A stretch of DNA of 63,325 bases, filler included, from Globobulimina sp. (GCA_003354225.1; 26 parts of 26 records of this genome joined end to end with filler, not necessarily neighbours in it), one strand, 5' to 3'; shown: positions 22,511 through 36,196, counted from the whole stretch's first letter. Numbers and translations are program-made. The notes: generated by a model from the sequence alone, not told the origin.

Positions 22511-24307
22511 ATGATGCGTCAATTATTCATTATCAATGTATTAACGTTAATAACATTCATAACATGCAACGGTAAAGAATATGGATGTTATGACGGTGAT
22601 ACATGCATTTTATCATCAGACGGAAATAATTTCATGCCACACGATGAGTTATATTGTACATCATCCGTAGGATCATGTAATATCTATTGTAATTCAGCCA
22701 ATAGTTGCGAATCACTCACTATATATTCATCAGCCCGATCAACAAATATCGTATGTAATGCAACCTCAGCATGCAATAACACAACAATACGTATTGGTGA
22801 TACATCCAAATATCCCTTACACTTTAAATCCAAACACTTTACTAACACAAATCCAACAACATCTAACATAACTTGTCACGCACCGCAATCCTGTGCTTCC
22901 TTGATGTTATATTTTGATGGTACCCAACAAGATAAAATCACACTATCTTCCACAAATATAAATGCATTTCAGAATGGTCATTTTGACTGCAATATCAACG
23001 TAAACAGCAATGGATATAATGATGTTTCTAACCTATCAAATGTCTGTAATCTATATTGTGCCAATGTGCATACCAACGAATGTTCTGATGCAGCATTGTA
23101 TTGCCATTTCGCCGATGCTATGCTTTGTAAATGCATTGGCGATGGTTGTACCACCCAACAGATTGATATATACTATGATAATCCAACCACATCAACCACT
23201 TTATCCATAGATACAAGTTTTGTTTTTTCGTTTTTTATATTAATATTCAGCAACACTTTGAACAAAAGATATATAATACCTCCAACACCAATGCCAGAAT
23301 CACTGTTTGGCAGTGATTTTTTTAAATATCTCATCATTGGTATTACTGTGTCAGTGGTCTGTTTGGGTTGTTGTTTAATTATTTGTTGCTGGAAATTTGA
23401 AGCGATTTACGTTTATTTCGAAAGAGATAAAACATCGGATCTTCAACTAAAACGTGTTCCGGATAAGTCACAGTCTGAATTTGTAAACATAGCGAGTCAT
23501 AATAATGTTGCCCGGAATGTACATGTTACACAGAATTCGCGCACTGTTTCACAGTCACAGTCTGGCGGCAATACACATAATAACATCACCGACGAAGAAC
23601 AGAGAACAGCAACGTTTTCGCCACAACATATCGAACTAACTGCGAATAATGCAGTTTATACGGATGCTGCTAATCAAACAGCAACGGAAAGAATGCCATC
23701 TTCATGGCATCAATACAAACAACAACAAGAAAAACATAGCTTGGAGTCTGCGGCTAATGTAACTGCACCATATTCTAAATCTGATTGTATAGCGTCACCA
23801 AATCCAAATGCCAAGGGCAACGCAAATGCGACTGATAAGAAGAAAGCAAAGCGATTGGAATTGAAAGATCGGACTTTAGCGAAAATTAAAGACGATGAGT
23901 ATAAATATAAGAAGCCAACCAAACAGAACAAGAAAAGAAACAAATCATCGCAAGGCATTCATATTAAACAACAAGAATATGAAAAGATTATTGTTTATCA
24001 AGAAGAGAAGAAAGATGTTGGTGGGGATGAGACTGAAACGGATTCTGTGTCCTCAACAGAAAGTGGCACTGATTCCAGTTCAAATGAGAGTGATGATGAC
24101 AGTGAGAGTGAGAGTGATAGCGACGATACAGATTCATCCACGCAGTCATCTGACAGTGTAAAAGATGGAGATAATGCGCCGGAGACCCAACTGACTGTGG
24201 GTGGTATGCACATTGATGATATGATGGTGAATATGGTTATGTTGATACAGAATACGCCTGTCGAAGACGTACCAATTGCAAGTGTTGACGTACCAGCAAC
24301 ACAAACG
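22511..24307 (+). CDS. Cysteine-rich type I surface protein with an acidic cytoplasmic tail (3' partial)
   Basis: Signal peptide; repeated I.C....SC units; TM segment LIIGITVSVVCLGCCLII; probable in-frame intron near 23217-23268. Confidence 0.7.
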
Positions 24308-24407
24308 NNNNNNNNNNNNNNNNNNNNNNNNNNNNNNNNNNNNNNNNNNNNTTAATTAATTAANNNNNNNNNNNNNNNNNNNNNNNNNNNNNNNNNNNNN
24401 NNNNNNN

Positions 24408-26747
24408 CTTCGAAATGTCTTCAGTCAAAAACATCCAGAAGTAGAATTGGCAGTAAAGAAAGGATTGTTCGATCTTCAGCGAGTTTTCTATTGGCCTGAA
24501 TACAAATTTAGTGGATGGCTGAGTGCCTTGGAATTTGGGAAGTTGGCGATGGGAACATTATATCGTGGTGATGCTGCAGATCCAAAGGGATTCAAAGAAG
24601 CAAACCAACGAGAATCTTGGATGCCACCGTTTCCTAGCATTTTATTAAAACGCCTTCAAATTGCATATGCTGGTTTTGACGCCATTATGGCATTGCATGT
24701 CGCTTGTGTCTTATTGGCTTCTCGACCGGAATTTGTTTATGCACTTCGTGACTTAAAGAAAAGAACTTTTGAAGACTTCAATTGGGAATGTCATATGGCT
24801 GATTCATTGCGAAAAGGGTTATTCTTACCAGACGGTGACTTTTTAGCTCTTTTCTGGCAAAAAGAACAAATCCATCAGATTCTCAGTGATGAATATAGAT
24901 CTGATTTGACAAGACCGGAAATGGTACATGATTTGGAAAAACGATGGGATATTATAAATCGATTTGGATCCGTCGACAGTACTTCATACTTGAGACCTAT
25001 CCGAGGAACTTTTCTGGAAGAAGGAGGGACGGAATGGAAAATGACTGGAAAAGTAATGCGAATGAATCTAATCTACGATGCATTACTTCGAAAATACGGA
25101 GGAGATGATCAGGGGATTTTTGGACCTTATGACCAGATGTACCCTTTTCGAGACCGAAGAACGGGTACTGATGGAAATAGGTATGGTCCCGCTGGAACTC
25201 AAGATCCCACTCGTCCAGGTTTTCTGATTGAAAATGCTTTCTCTAAGAATCTGTTGAATGGTGAATCAGTGTTGAAAATGGGTTTTCTTATCATGGACAA
25301 AATCAATCGAAATCGGAATTTATTGAATGAAACTTTGTATGCACATGGAAAGATCAAAAGACCTAAAGCCAATGAAAGAGGTGCTCAACCGATTGAAACG
25401 ATTTGTGGCTTTGATTTCAGACGAACATACATGGTCAAATCTATCGGTTGGGACCGAAAATTAATTCCAGAATATCCAATAAATATTGCTGAGATTAAAA
25501 GTTACAATCAATTTGCTCGATTAGCTCTTGTTCATTCTTCACAGAGATATCAGAATCAAGCCAGTAAATTGCGTCGACAAGCAGCTCTCAATCCAGAAAG
25601 AGTACGATCGGCTATGCGACGAGGAAATATTCTCGATAACAATGGAGAAGTTATTATTCAAGCCGGAAGAGTTAGATCATGGTTTTGGCAAATGAATGGA
25701 CCAACTTATGAAAAAGAATTCAAGGATTATTGTCAAGAAGTTGAAAGTGCGATAGAACGAGCAAGAGGAAGAGGGGATCCACAAATGGAAAGGGATCTTC
25801 AAGTTGAAGTTGAATTGGTCAAAACTTATGCAGCCAAAATATTGTATCCGGTTCAAGTACCACCAAAAGAAATTGTTTTTACGTTTCCTAATCCTCACGC
25901 CAAGACTGGCCGTGATGAGGATAGGCGACATACTCAATTGAATGAATATGAAGCGCCGGATCAAACGACTATTATTGACATGATGACAAGAACCGATAAT
26001 GAATGGAAAATAAACACCACCGAAGCTGCATTTGTTCAAAAACCCATTCCAGAAATTATTGTTGAAGACACTGAAGAAAGAGTTCCAATGGAAGATGATG
26101 AAATGCTTGAAGGATTTTCGAAGCAACTTGCTGAACGAACAGATTCAATGTTAAGTCTCGAAATTGAAGTGTACAGTGATTCTCCAGCCAGTGATTATCC
26201 AACAAATGATCAATTAATGAATCAAATTCTCGATCCAATAACCTTGGCTTATCAAGAAAATGATCTTCGACCTCATTTGGATCGTTTGAAAACAAAAAGA
26301 GAAGAATTGGAAAATCGTATCGCTAGAAAACAAGCCGCTAGAGCTCCTAGTGAAGATTCTGTAACATCTGGCAGTAAGCGAACGACTTCGCATTCACCAG
26401 ACCGATCAGAAGTACCACCCAAGAAAACTAAAGCTGCAAAAAGAGGACCACATGTGGCTGCTGGAGGAAAATCTAGTAAAAAGGCAAAACCTAAAAGAAT
26501 GTCGGATCATGCAAGAAAAGTACGAAATTCGGCCGGACATTATACTGAATTGGAACCACGAGTTATGGAAGAATACAATGACTTGTTCTTGAGAGGACGG
26601 ATTCCAGAACCAATGCCAGGAACACCGGCTCGACTGATTCAAAAGAAAAATGATCAAGCTCATATCTACAAATATATTTATCCTATGGATCCACCACCGC
26701 CACCATCATCAAAGAAAAAGTCTAAGAAAGTAGATGACTTGGGACAG
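24408..26747 (+). CDS. Large intronless protein with a partial DEDDy 3'-5' exonuclease (WRN/RNase D-like) domain at its start
   Basis: Open across the whole contig; FDLQ...ESW..PFP...LQIAYAGFDA matches the ExoIII S.W..PL...Q..YAA.DA motif. Confidence 0.6.
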
Positions 26748-27068
26748 NNNNNNNNNNNNNNNNNNNNNNNNNNNNNNNNNNNNNNNNNNNNTTAATTAAT
26801 TAANNNNNNNNNNNNNNNNNNNNNNNNNNNNNNNNNNNNNNNNNNNNTTGTAAAATTAAATATTTATTATAATTTATACTTTAGAACAGCGCCTTTTTGA
26901 AATAGAAATTTCAAATTCAGATTGCAAAACTACTACCTTTTGAAAACACCGCGTGTTTAAACAATTTGAAATGCAATGGGGTTTGACAGGCAGTGCAAGG
27001 ATAAGGTATACAATTTCAAAAGTTTCAAACAAAGTGAACAAAATGTGACATTTAAATTGTTTTTAATC

Positions 27069-28770
27069 TTAGCCACTGCTTAAGCTAACGAGTTCCTGGA
27101 ACATTCGGAGAGTATCGCCCTTCATGATCCGTTTTACGCGTTCCTCCAATTTGTTAATGTTTCGGTTGGTATTGCTCCGTCCGCCACGTTTAAACTTTGC
27201 GAGGCAAACCCGCGCAAACATCGCCATTTCCAACCATGATTGCAGGTCATTTTTATTTACGACGTTCCAAATACAATGACAGAATGGGTATGTTGTCCAA
27301 CCACCGTAATTTGCTGAACCATATCTCATAAAACGACGGGATATTAACCACTTCAATGCCCACAAATGAGTCTGGGGCTTCAATACCGTCATCTTCTTTG
27401 TTGTCGGAGTTCGAGTTATTTGATTGGTTGTCATTGTGGTTGTTCCCGGAACAATCTGCGAACGATTTGAAATTCTTCATCGTTGTGTCCCGCTTACATT
27501 CCACACATAAATCCGATGTGCTCGATTGCTCAATGATTGTAATGCACTCTGGGTCAACGCACCGCTTTTTGTCAAAGGCCGATAGATATTGGCTATTAAC
27601 GTGGTCGTCGTCGCTCCCGTTATGCTTATAATGCTTGTTCAAAGTGCTGAGTTGCTTCCACTGTTTCTTGCTGCATTTACATGCCGTAATATCGCACTTA
27701 TACGTTGGTTTAGCGTTATTTTGCAGGTGGCACGGGTCACACACCCACGTGCTATAAAAGGGGATTTGCTGTGCTGGCATGTTAATATTTTGTGCCTGGT
27801 ACACTTTATTGCAATGTACACATGTGATCCCAGGGGGATGTTCTGCTTGCTGTGTCTCAATGTGCTCAACCAAATTGCCACCATTCTTCTCCTCTGCCAC
27901 TACTTGCGATGCCTGAATAGGTTCGATACATATTGGTGCAATGTCAACGTCGTCGTCGGATTCGGATACTACCAAACCCTTCGTGTCGCTAAGCTGCACC
28001 GTTGAATCAATCCTCCTCTTCTTCTGCGTGGGTAACGCAAATGACTGCTCGCACAGATTTTTATGTTTCCGTTTCCGATTTTTACGCGCTTTAAGTCGTT
28101 GCGCTATGCTTACACTGGTTCCGCCGGGTTTGTCCTCATCATACCATTGGTTAGGGGTAAATGAGACAGATGTGCTGTTCATCTGCGTCTTCGATGTGTA
28201 GTATAAACGTTTATGATGGTTGTTGAGGAAGGTGGGCGTTACCGACCAGTCGGTTGCTAAGCTAAAAAATATGTGGTTACGTTCTTGGTATTTGGCATAT
28301 GACTCACCATCATACGCTTCAAATGGATCCCGTTCGTGTATTGGGGGGAATTTAATGTTGAATGTAAGATTTTCTGTGGTTTGATTCTGATTATTTAATT
28401 GTGGCTGGGGCCCGCTGCCTTGATAGTTGCCACTTTTATTGTTCTCGGAACGTATCGGGTCGTCACCTTCGACCACGACTTTGTTGCGATTTTGCGGTGG
28501 TATATTTTCTTTATTCGTGATATCGGTCATTGGGATAGATTGGGGTACACGCCGTACATTGTTAGATTGCGTTGTGCCCAATTGATGTAATTCGCGTTGA
28601 AGCATCTGCACCGATCGCGGTGTGTTCTGCAGACCTGACACCACGGTACGTACAGTTGCTGCCACTCCTGTTCCACGAGTCCCGCATCGCGATATACTGC
28701 TTCCGCTGATGATGTTGGGTGATTTAGGTACCCGTCTACTACTTGGTCCCGCCAGCTCTGCGAGCACCAT
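27069..28770 (-). mobile_element. Decayed CRE/SLACS-like non-LTR retrotransposon ORF, 5' part (frameshifted, RT missing)
   Basis: C2H2 finger CDITAC..WKQLSTLNKHYKH and further Cys pairs; after a frameshift, NDLQSWLEMAMFARVCLAKFKRGG matches the pre-RT RGG motif. Confidence 0.6.
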
Positions 28771-29033
28771 GCCGAGAATGTTGCTCTTTCCTGATTCTCG
28801 AGAATTAATGATTGCTTTGTTTCGTCGTATAGTTCTGAAAAATGATCGATCTGATTCTGTCTATCGCAACCGATAAATGATACGATTTCGATTGCTATTT
28901 CTTCGCGAAATGGTGTATTTTCTAGGATTGCTGTGATTTCCCAGGCAAATTCGTCACGAAGACTTGCTATTTGTGGGTTATAGTTTATAAAATCCAGTTT
29001 GTTTAGTGCCTCAAAATTGGCGAGGGTATTGCT

Positions 29034-29063
29034 TTAAGTAAGGTAAGTAAGGTAAGGTAAGTA
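29034..29063 (+). repeat. TAAG/TAAGG microsatellite upstream of the retroelement ORF
   Basis: TTAAGTAAGGTAAGTAAGGTAAGGTAAGTA. Confidence 0.8.
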
Positions 29064-29287
29064 CGGAAAATAGTTTGCCATTTTCAGCATTTAATATATT
29101 CCTAATTACTGACTCATCATCTATTAACCAAGTATACGTACCACTATTTGCAACAAGACACCCAATACTTTGGATGTATGTGCTAGTNNNNNNNNNNNNN
29201 NNNNNNNNNNNNNNNNNNNNNNNNNNNNNNNTTAATTAATTAANNNNNNNNNNNNNNNNNNNNNNNNNNNNNNNNNNNNNNNNNNNN

Positions 29288-30400
29288 GGGCTTTTGTCCG
29301 AGCCGCGCGGTCGCTGGGCCATCGGCCTCGCGGTCGCAATGGCGATGGCCTTTCTCGGTGGGTTCGCGCAGGGGTTCCTGTATACGACGCAGGCGGCCAT
29401 GGTGTACGGGGCCTTCGGCCTGGTGATGGTGACGCCACCGGCCGAACGGCTTCGTGTCGTCGCGTACGTAGCGCTGGCCGGCGTGCTCGCGATCGGGCTG
29501 ATCGCACCGCAGCTCCTGCCGACGATCGAATTGACACAGCAAGCGGTTAGAAGCTTCGACGGCCTTTCTTATGTACAAACCGTGACCCCGAATATCCCCC
29601 CTCACTATCTGGGGGTTGGACTGCTCGGGCACGCCGCAGAAGCGAGCGACTACGCACCCCTGCTGGCTCGCGTCTCGTTGCCGCTGCTGACTATGCCACT
29701 GATCGCATTGGGCTGGTTTGCGACGAGACAGCGCGCCCAATGGCTCTTCTTCCTGGTCGCCGCGATCTTTGCCGGGGTGTTTCTCACGGGCGCCCACGGA
29801 GGGATCCACGCACTCTACCATCGATTGCCAGCCGGCGATCTCTTTCGCGGGCCAGCGCGCGGTGCGTTCCTCTATGTCTTCCATGCGGCTGTCCTCGTCG
29901 GCATGGGTCTGGAGGGCCTGAAGAGTTGGGGCGAGGGACGTCGGCCGGGGCAGCGCGTGGTCGGCCTGGTCACGGCGGTGCTCTTGGCATGGATCGCACT
30001 CGATTGCTACCAGCGCACTCCGCTCTATCTTCCGCATCCCGCGTCTGCGTCCGCGATTCCCTCGCATGGCGCGGCGGAGCAGTTGGCCGAGTTCCTGAGT
30101 GATCGTTCCGAGCTGTCGCGTGTCTTCATCCAGAGGTTCGGCGCGGAGGACATGGATCTGATCGTGAAGGCAGGGATGCTGAATGGGATGTTCGCCGTGC
30201 CCGACTACGAGCCGAGCATGCCGGGCGCGTATTCCCTCTACTTCAATGCGCATCGAAGGCGGATATGGCACGGCGGCGTGACTGCCCTGCCCGATGCGCA
30301 CCCCAATCGCGCGGCGCCGAGTCCGCGTCTGCTCGATTTGATGAGCGTCCGCTACTACGCAGCCTCGGCTACAAAGCCGGATCAGTTGGCTGATCGGCTG
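29288..30400 (+). CDS. Bacterial YfhO-family (GT-C-like) membrane protein fragment, GC-rich
   Basis: APQLLPTIEL, FRGPAR and PRLLDLMSVRY motifs; visibly high GC compared with the rest of the window. Confidence 0.7.
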
Positions 30401-30499
30401 TTAGATTTTGCGGCACGGATTGGAAAGACGATTGATGTGTTGCCCGAGACGCGACTCGGGAAACACGGCCGCGAAGAAGCGCCCGGTCGACAACTCGAT

Positions 30500-31627
30500 C
30501 CATGCAAGTCCGACCGCTCCGCCTGGACAAACCAAGTGAAGCGTCTCATGCAATGGTTGTTGAGAATATTCTTTTCAACAACTATTGCATTTCAAGTACC
30601 AAATATTACACAAATTATAAAATCGAAAACAATTATTTTGTATGGATTATTATATTTTGTTGCTATTTTTGGTAAATTATTGACTGGTTACTTTACCATC
30701 AGTTCATTCGATCCGGATCACACATTACAACAAAACGGCAAAAACGTTTTTATTCGAATATTTTTCAGAATAAAAGATTGCCATTTTTTAATTACCTCAC
30801 TTTCAATGTCATGTTGGGGAGAATTTACCTTTATTTTAGCATCCAAAGCATTAAAACTAGAAATTATTGATAACGATACATTTTCATCCATTATTTTAGC
30901 TGCATTGATGTCTATTGTCACCACACCATATTTGTTGCGACATACATTGGATAAATATAATAAATCATCAATAGGCAAAATACAGAATGAGATTCAGATG
31001 CAAATAAAAACACAAACACAAACAACAGAATGTAAAGAAATATCAATGTCAACCTATTATGATTCAGAGTTACATCCCGTTTATTTAGTGATTGATATTA
31101 AATCATTTGGTAAATTTGGGCAAAGTGATTGTTTGTTAAATACATTATTAACTAAATGTAATTTACAAATAATTGATTATCGATCGTGGCATCCTCACAT
31201 TCAGCCACATCCAATGGTTTTGCACGAAATTTATATAAAATGTAAACAATTAAAATTACCACCAACACAATTTTTGCATCCCAATCAGAAAAAAAAATTA
31301 TATTTATTTGCGAAAGATCTTTCACAAAATATTGTGATTTGTCTAGAAGGGAAAAATAAAAAAAAAGAAATTAGTAAAACAGAAATTGAGATTAAACGAT
31401 GGCTGCCATATATTCGTAAAGAGGACGACCACATGGACCCAAATCAAAGAAATATAGAAAATATTAACTATCATAAACAATGTGCGTATTACGAGGCAGC
31501 CAAACAATTTGAAGAAAAGGCAAAAATACATAACTCAGCTACGAATTTATTATCGTCGTTATGTAGAATGCATAAATTAGACAATGATTTATTTACTACA
31601 CAACATTTATTTGATGGTTTTGTGCAT
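30500..31627 (+). CDS. Eukaryotic CPA2-type Na+(K+)/H+ antiporter, C-terminal part, AT-rich
   Basis: QVKRLMQWLLRIFF.TIAFQVP, VAIFGKLLTG and SMSCWGEFTFILA motifs. Confidence 0.75.
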
Positions 31628-31727
31628 NNNNNNNNNNNNNNNNNNNNNNNNNNNNNNNNNNNNNNNNNNNNTTAATTAATTAANNNNNNNNNNNNNNNNN
31701 NNNNNNNNNNNNNNNNNNNNNNNNNNN

Positions 31728-33777
31728 CTTCTTCGGGAATAATAAAATCAATTTCTTTTTGTATACAACCGGGATGTGCCTCGGTTGAACGTCGACAAAA
31801 TTTGCTGCAAATACTGCAAATATTGTAATTATATTTTATTAAATATTTTGGCGGAATCGAGCTTGGATTCGCCAATAAATGAAATTTTGTTAAATGTGTT
31901 TTCAGCTCGGCTTTCTTAATAAATCCGTAAAAACGCACGGGTCGCTTGTTAGCGATATATGAATTCGTCCAATACTCAACAAACGATGGCAAATGTTCTA
32001 AACTACGATGTTTGTCACATCCAATAATAGGACAAATATACACTGTACGATTGCGATTAATAATAAAATGATCGATATACTCCACAGAGACGTCATCAAT
32101 TTTAATATCGACGTCGTTACAATGACTGGTAACCAATGACTCACTCGGTATAAACGGTTGCGTTGTTGACATAATATAATCTTTGGATTCGTCATTGTTA
32201 TAATTCGTATTCAAATAATTCTGGTTACACTGAAACTGTGCCAATTCAGGAACAAATTGCGATTTATTCCATAGATTCTGATCGATAATAGGATTATATG
32301 CTAAATTGCCCGAATTTTGCTCTTCAATAAATGGTAAATGCTGCGGATAATGCCCTAAATCACTACGGTTAATATATAAATCATGGACTTGCGGTGTCAA
32401 TGAACTGTGTGAAGGGACGGGGGGCGTATTATTTATATTTATTTGTGGGATAATTTGTGCGTTGCCACTATCCGGGTTAATACAATGCGGACAAATGGCT
32501 TGATTTTGAATTTTTTGTTGACAAATTGGGCAAAACCGCTCAATCTCAACTTGATTATTATTAACTTGTTGGTTATTATTTGTTGTATGTATGGATAATT
32601 TGTCTGAATGTTGTTGATCTGAATTATTTGAATATGACTGATCTGAATGATCTGAATGATTTGAATATATCTGATTTGTTGATGATTGCTCTGTAATTGA
32701 TTGTTGTATTGGTATATTGTCGGTATTTTGAATTGATTGTAAGGCCAATTGTGGACTATTTGCGATTGGTTGGACAATATTTGAATTATTAATATTGCCG
32801 TTAATATCGACATTATTGATATTGCTGTTAATATCGACATTTGTTTTATTGTTACCATAAACGTTGTTGACGACAGGCGAAAGAGAAGAAAGAGGGAAGT
32901 TAGTTTTACTTATGTTTAACTCAAAAGTTTTTTTAACTTCCTCATTTTTGTCAGACTCGCTGTCGTTTCCCACAGAAACGTTATCTTGATTATTATTCTG
33001 ATGATTGATATTCTGATCTAAATCAACGGTTCGATCAGAATCTTCGTCAGACTCGAGATCGAATGGTAAACTTAATGTATTTGTATTTCCAGGGATATTC
33101 TGATGATTTGGAAATAATGATACTAATATATCCGATGGATTAATTATAGTAAATTTATTAATATGTATAAACATATCCATCTCCATATCAGTATAATATA
33201 ATTTTTCACCCTTACATTTGGAATGGGAACGTTTAAAATGTTTACCACACTTAACACAAAAAAATCCCTCGTAAGCGGTGAAAAAGGGTTTTGGAATTTG
33301 CTGACACTCTTTGACGTGTTTATGTAAATGTGATTTTAATTGAGATGCATTACCAAAACGAGAATACACATCATAAATACAATCCATTCCAAATGGACAA
33401 TTTAAATTGTCAAATAAAGCTGGATTAATATTACCAATATTAGGATGAATATTGATTGGTATGTTTCTCTTTTTTGGTGATTTCTTATGAGAATTATGAA
33501 AATTATTGGGTGTTTTTTGATGTATTTTGGGAGTATTTGGTAGATTATTTTGGTTCAATAACAATCGCTTTGTGACATCTTGCACTGATTTTGGCGTTCG
33601 TGCAAATTGACTGTATGATACGGTTAATGTCTTACGCCGTTTGTGTTGTATAGGTGTTTGATGGACGTTACTTAATGGGGAAGAATAACGCCTTTTATTG
33701 GATTTCTTGGATTTATTTGAAATAATTAAATTATTTGAATTATGATTATGACTGTTTGATTGATTGATAGCTGCCAT
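31728..33777 (-). mobile_element. Probable non-LTR retrotransposon (CRE-like) N-terminal ORF with multiple zinc fingers (3' partial)
   Basis: Intronless ORF with two C2H2 plus CxxC..H..C finger pairs (CPFGMDC..LKSHLHKH; YICPIIGC..LKTHLTKFH) separated by N/Q-rich linkers; no RT visible. Confidence 0.5.
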
Positions 33778-34167
33778 AGAAATATCACAGTACTCGAAAT
33801 AAAATAAAAATAAAAGAAGATAACAAAAAGAGTACAATAAAGAAACTAGCCAACAGATAGGACAATCTTACTACCTTTGGCCACTCAAAATGGCTAAGCC
33901 ATGCTTGAGTAGTTGAAGTAGTTGAAGTAGTTAGAATGTTTTTTTGTATATTTTTTGTATATTTTTTTTTGGATTTAGATTTCGATTTGTAATAGTACTA
34001 GTAAAAATAGTAGTAAGAATAGGAATAGGGATATATTAAAAATATATATGAAATTTGCAGTACTAACNNNNNNNNNNNNNNNNNNNNNNNNNNNNNNNNN
34101 NNNNNNNNNNNTTAATTAATTAANNNNNNNNNNNNNNNNNNNNNNNNNNNNNNNNNNNNNNNNNNNN

Positions 34168-35053
34168 TAAAGAGGCACAGGAACAGGAACAGGAACATGG
34201 ACTCGCTGCAGTGGTTAGGCAGGAAAAGAAACCGTTGATTGTGAAGTCCATTGCTCATCAAAGTAGGCAGATTTATGAGATATTATTTAATAAATGGAAG
34301 CTATCGGAAAATATGGCAGTTTACAGCTTTGATGGTCCGTCGTATTCGCGTGTGCCATTTTCGTTGAATAACTTGAAAATAAAGGATCGAATAATGGCAT
34401 CTGATGGCACTAATTGGTTACCAGCGTGGATTGAGCAAATTGATGGGAAATCTAATAAGGTTTTGGTGCATTTCAAAGGATGGAACAGTCGATGGGATAA
34501 ATGGTATAATATTAATAGTGGAATGTTGAAAACCATAAATGAATACAGAAAGGAAAAAAAGTTACATTCTGCGACGAGGAATGAAACACTTTATCAAATT
34601 ATGAAGCAGAAATATCCAGTATTTGTGCCTACGAATTTGTATGAAACGCAGATCAATAAAAAAAGGAATAAGAATAAAAATAGGAGTGAGGATATGGAGG
34701 ACGTTGTCGATGCGGAGATTGTAATGATGCACGATAAAAATGAGATTTTTATGTCAGTGCACGAATTGCCGATTTATAATAAAAATGAGTTGATTTTATG
34801 TCCGCCGTTGTTTTATTCAACGTCGTTGACGGGATCGATGAAGGATGGCAGTAATAAGAGCATTGTGGAAGTGGTGAATAAATGTTTTCCACAGTTCGAA
34901 AGGGTGTTGAATGACGGTGATATAGAGGTGATTTATAAATGCTGTCATTCAAAAATCGATCAAGTATTTTTCACGTTGTATTGTTTAAAAACACCGCAAA
35001 GAGTATTAATGTATTTGAATTTATTAAAAAATGATAATCATAATGTAATTTAA
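34168..35053 (+). CDS. Protein with an MBT/Tudor-knot-like aromatic-cage domain (5' partial)
   Basis: WLPAWIEQID...VLVHFKGWNSRWDKW. Confidence 0.7.
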
Positions 35054-35195
35054 TCAATTTTTCATTTTCAAAATTTGCCTTTTTTGTACATGTTTCAATC
35101 CGTCAGTTGACAGAAACGATTACAATTTCTGAAATATAATATTAACTGCATGAAGAATAAAGTAATACAAAGTGCTTTATATACAGTACATATGA

Positions 35196-36088
35196 CTATA
35201 ATTTACTCAGTCTATTCTTGCCTCCAACGAACGCTTTCATAGATTGTGCATCGTTAGCGTTACTATCCTGATAACTATGAGGCATATTTTGCACAAAACT
35301 GAACCATTTCCCTAATACTTTTGGCAATACAACCTCGCGTTTTTCATATTTTATAGCTTCTATAACTTCATTTGCAACATAGTCTGGATCCAATAACTCG
35401 TTTCCAGTCACCAATCTTGCTGCAAAATCGCCAGTATATTTAGCTCCTTCAAACATTCCAGTGTTCATATATGATGGATATATCCCTGTAAATACAATGC
35501 CGTCATCCATTGCCAAATCCATTAATTCCCTTTTCAAAGAAATATCCAATGCCCGAGCTGCTGCTTTTGTTGCTGAGTAATCGGTTAAATGAGATACCGG
35601 ACATAAAGCTGAGGTCGATATTGTATTTACAATATGTCCATTTTTATTTTTTATCATTGATGGTAAGAATGCTTTCAATGTCCAATAATGTGATATTATG
35701 TTTACATTATATGTCCGGCGGATATCCTTTTCAGTCAATTCAAGCAAAGAACGGCCTGACACCACACCTGCATTTTGAATTAATATGTCAATGTTGCCAT
35801 ATTTTGATAACAATGCATTTGCTTCTTTATCAACAATTGATTTATTTGTAACGTCGATCTACAAATTTTGCAATTAGTGTGCCTTCTTTGTTAATTGTTA
35901 CATTGTTGTAATGAGTGTTTGTTTACATCACATACAATCACAGTACAACCTTCATTTACTAATTTTAAACCAACCAATTTGCCCAAACCAGCTGCTCCTC
36001 CCGTAATAAGCACAATTTTACCCTGTAAATCTTTAGGTATCATTGACCATTGTTTATATTTATTATAACTACCAACCAATCCAATCAA
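35196..36088 (-). CDS. Short-chain dehydrogenase/reductase (17beta-HSD11/RDH10-like); frame break near 35855-35900
   Basis: ITGGAAGLG, IDILIQNAG and YSATK motifs; the simplest GT-AG join is out of phase, so it may be frameshifted. Confidence 0.85.
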
Positions 36089-36196
36089 TGATAAAAATGT
36101 TGCTTTCTTTGGATTTTGTCTACCCCAGTTTAATAAGCAACGCTGACATGATAATCAACACTTCACTGACTTGGAGACGAAATTCAGAGAATATCA

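Noticed and set aside
29232-30301. Long minus-strand ORFs in the GC-rich segment
   Set aside because: Shadow ORFs are expected at high GC, and the plus frame carries the YfhO motifs.
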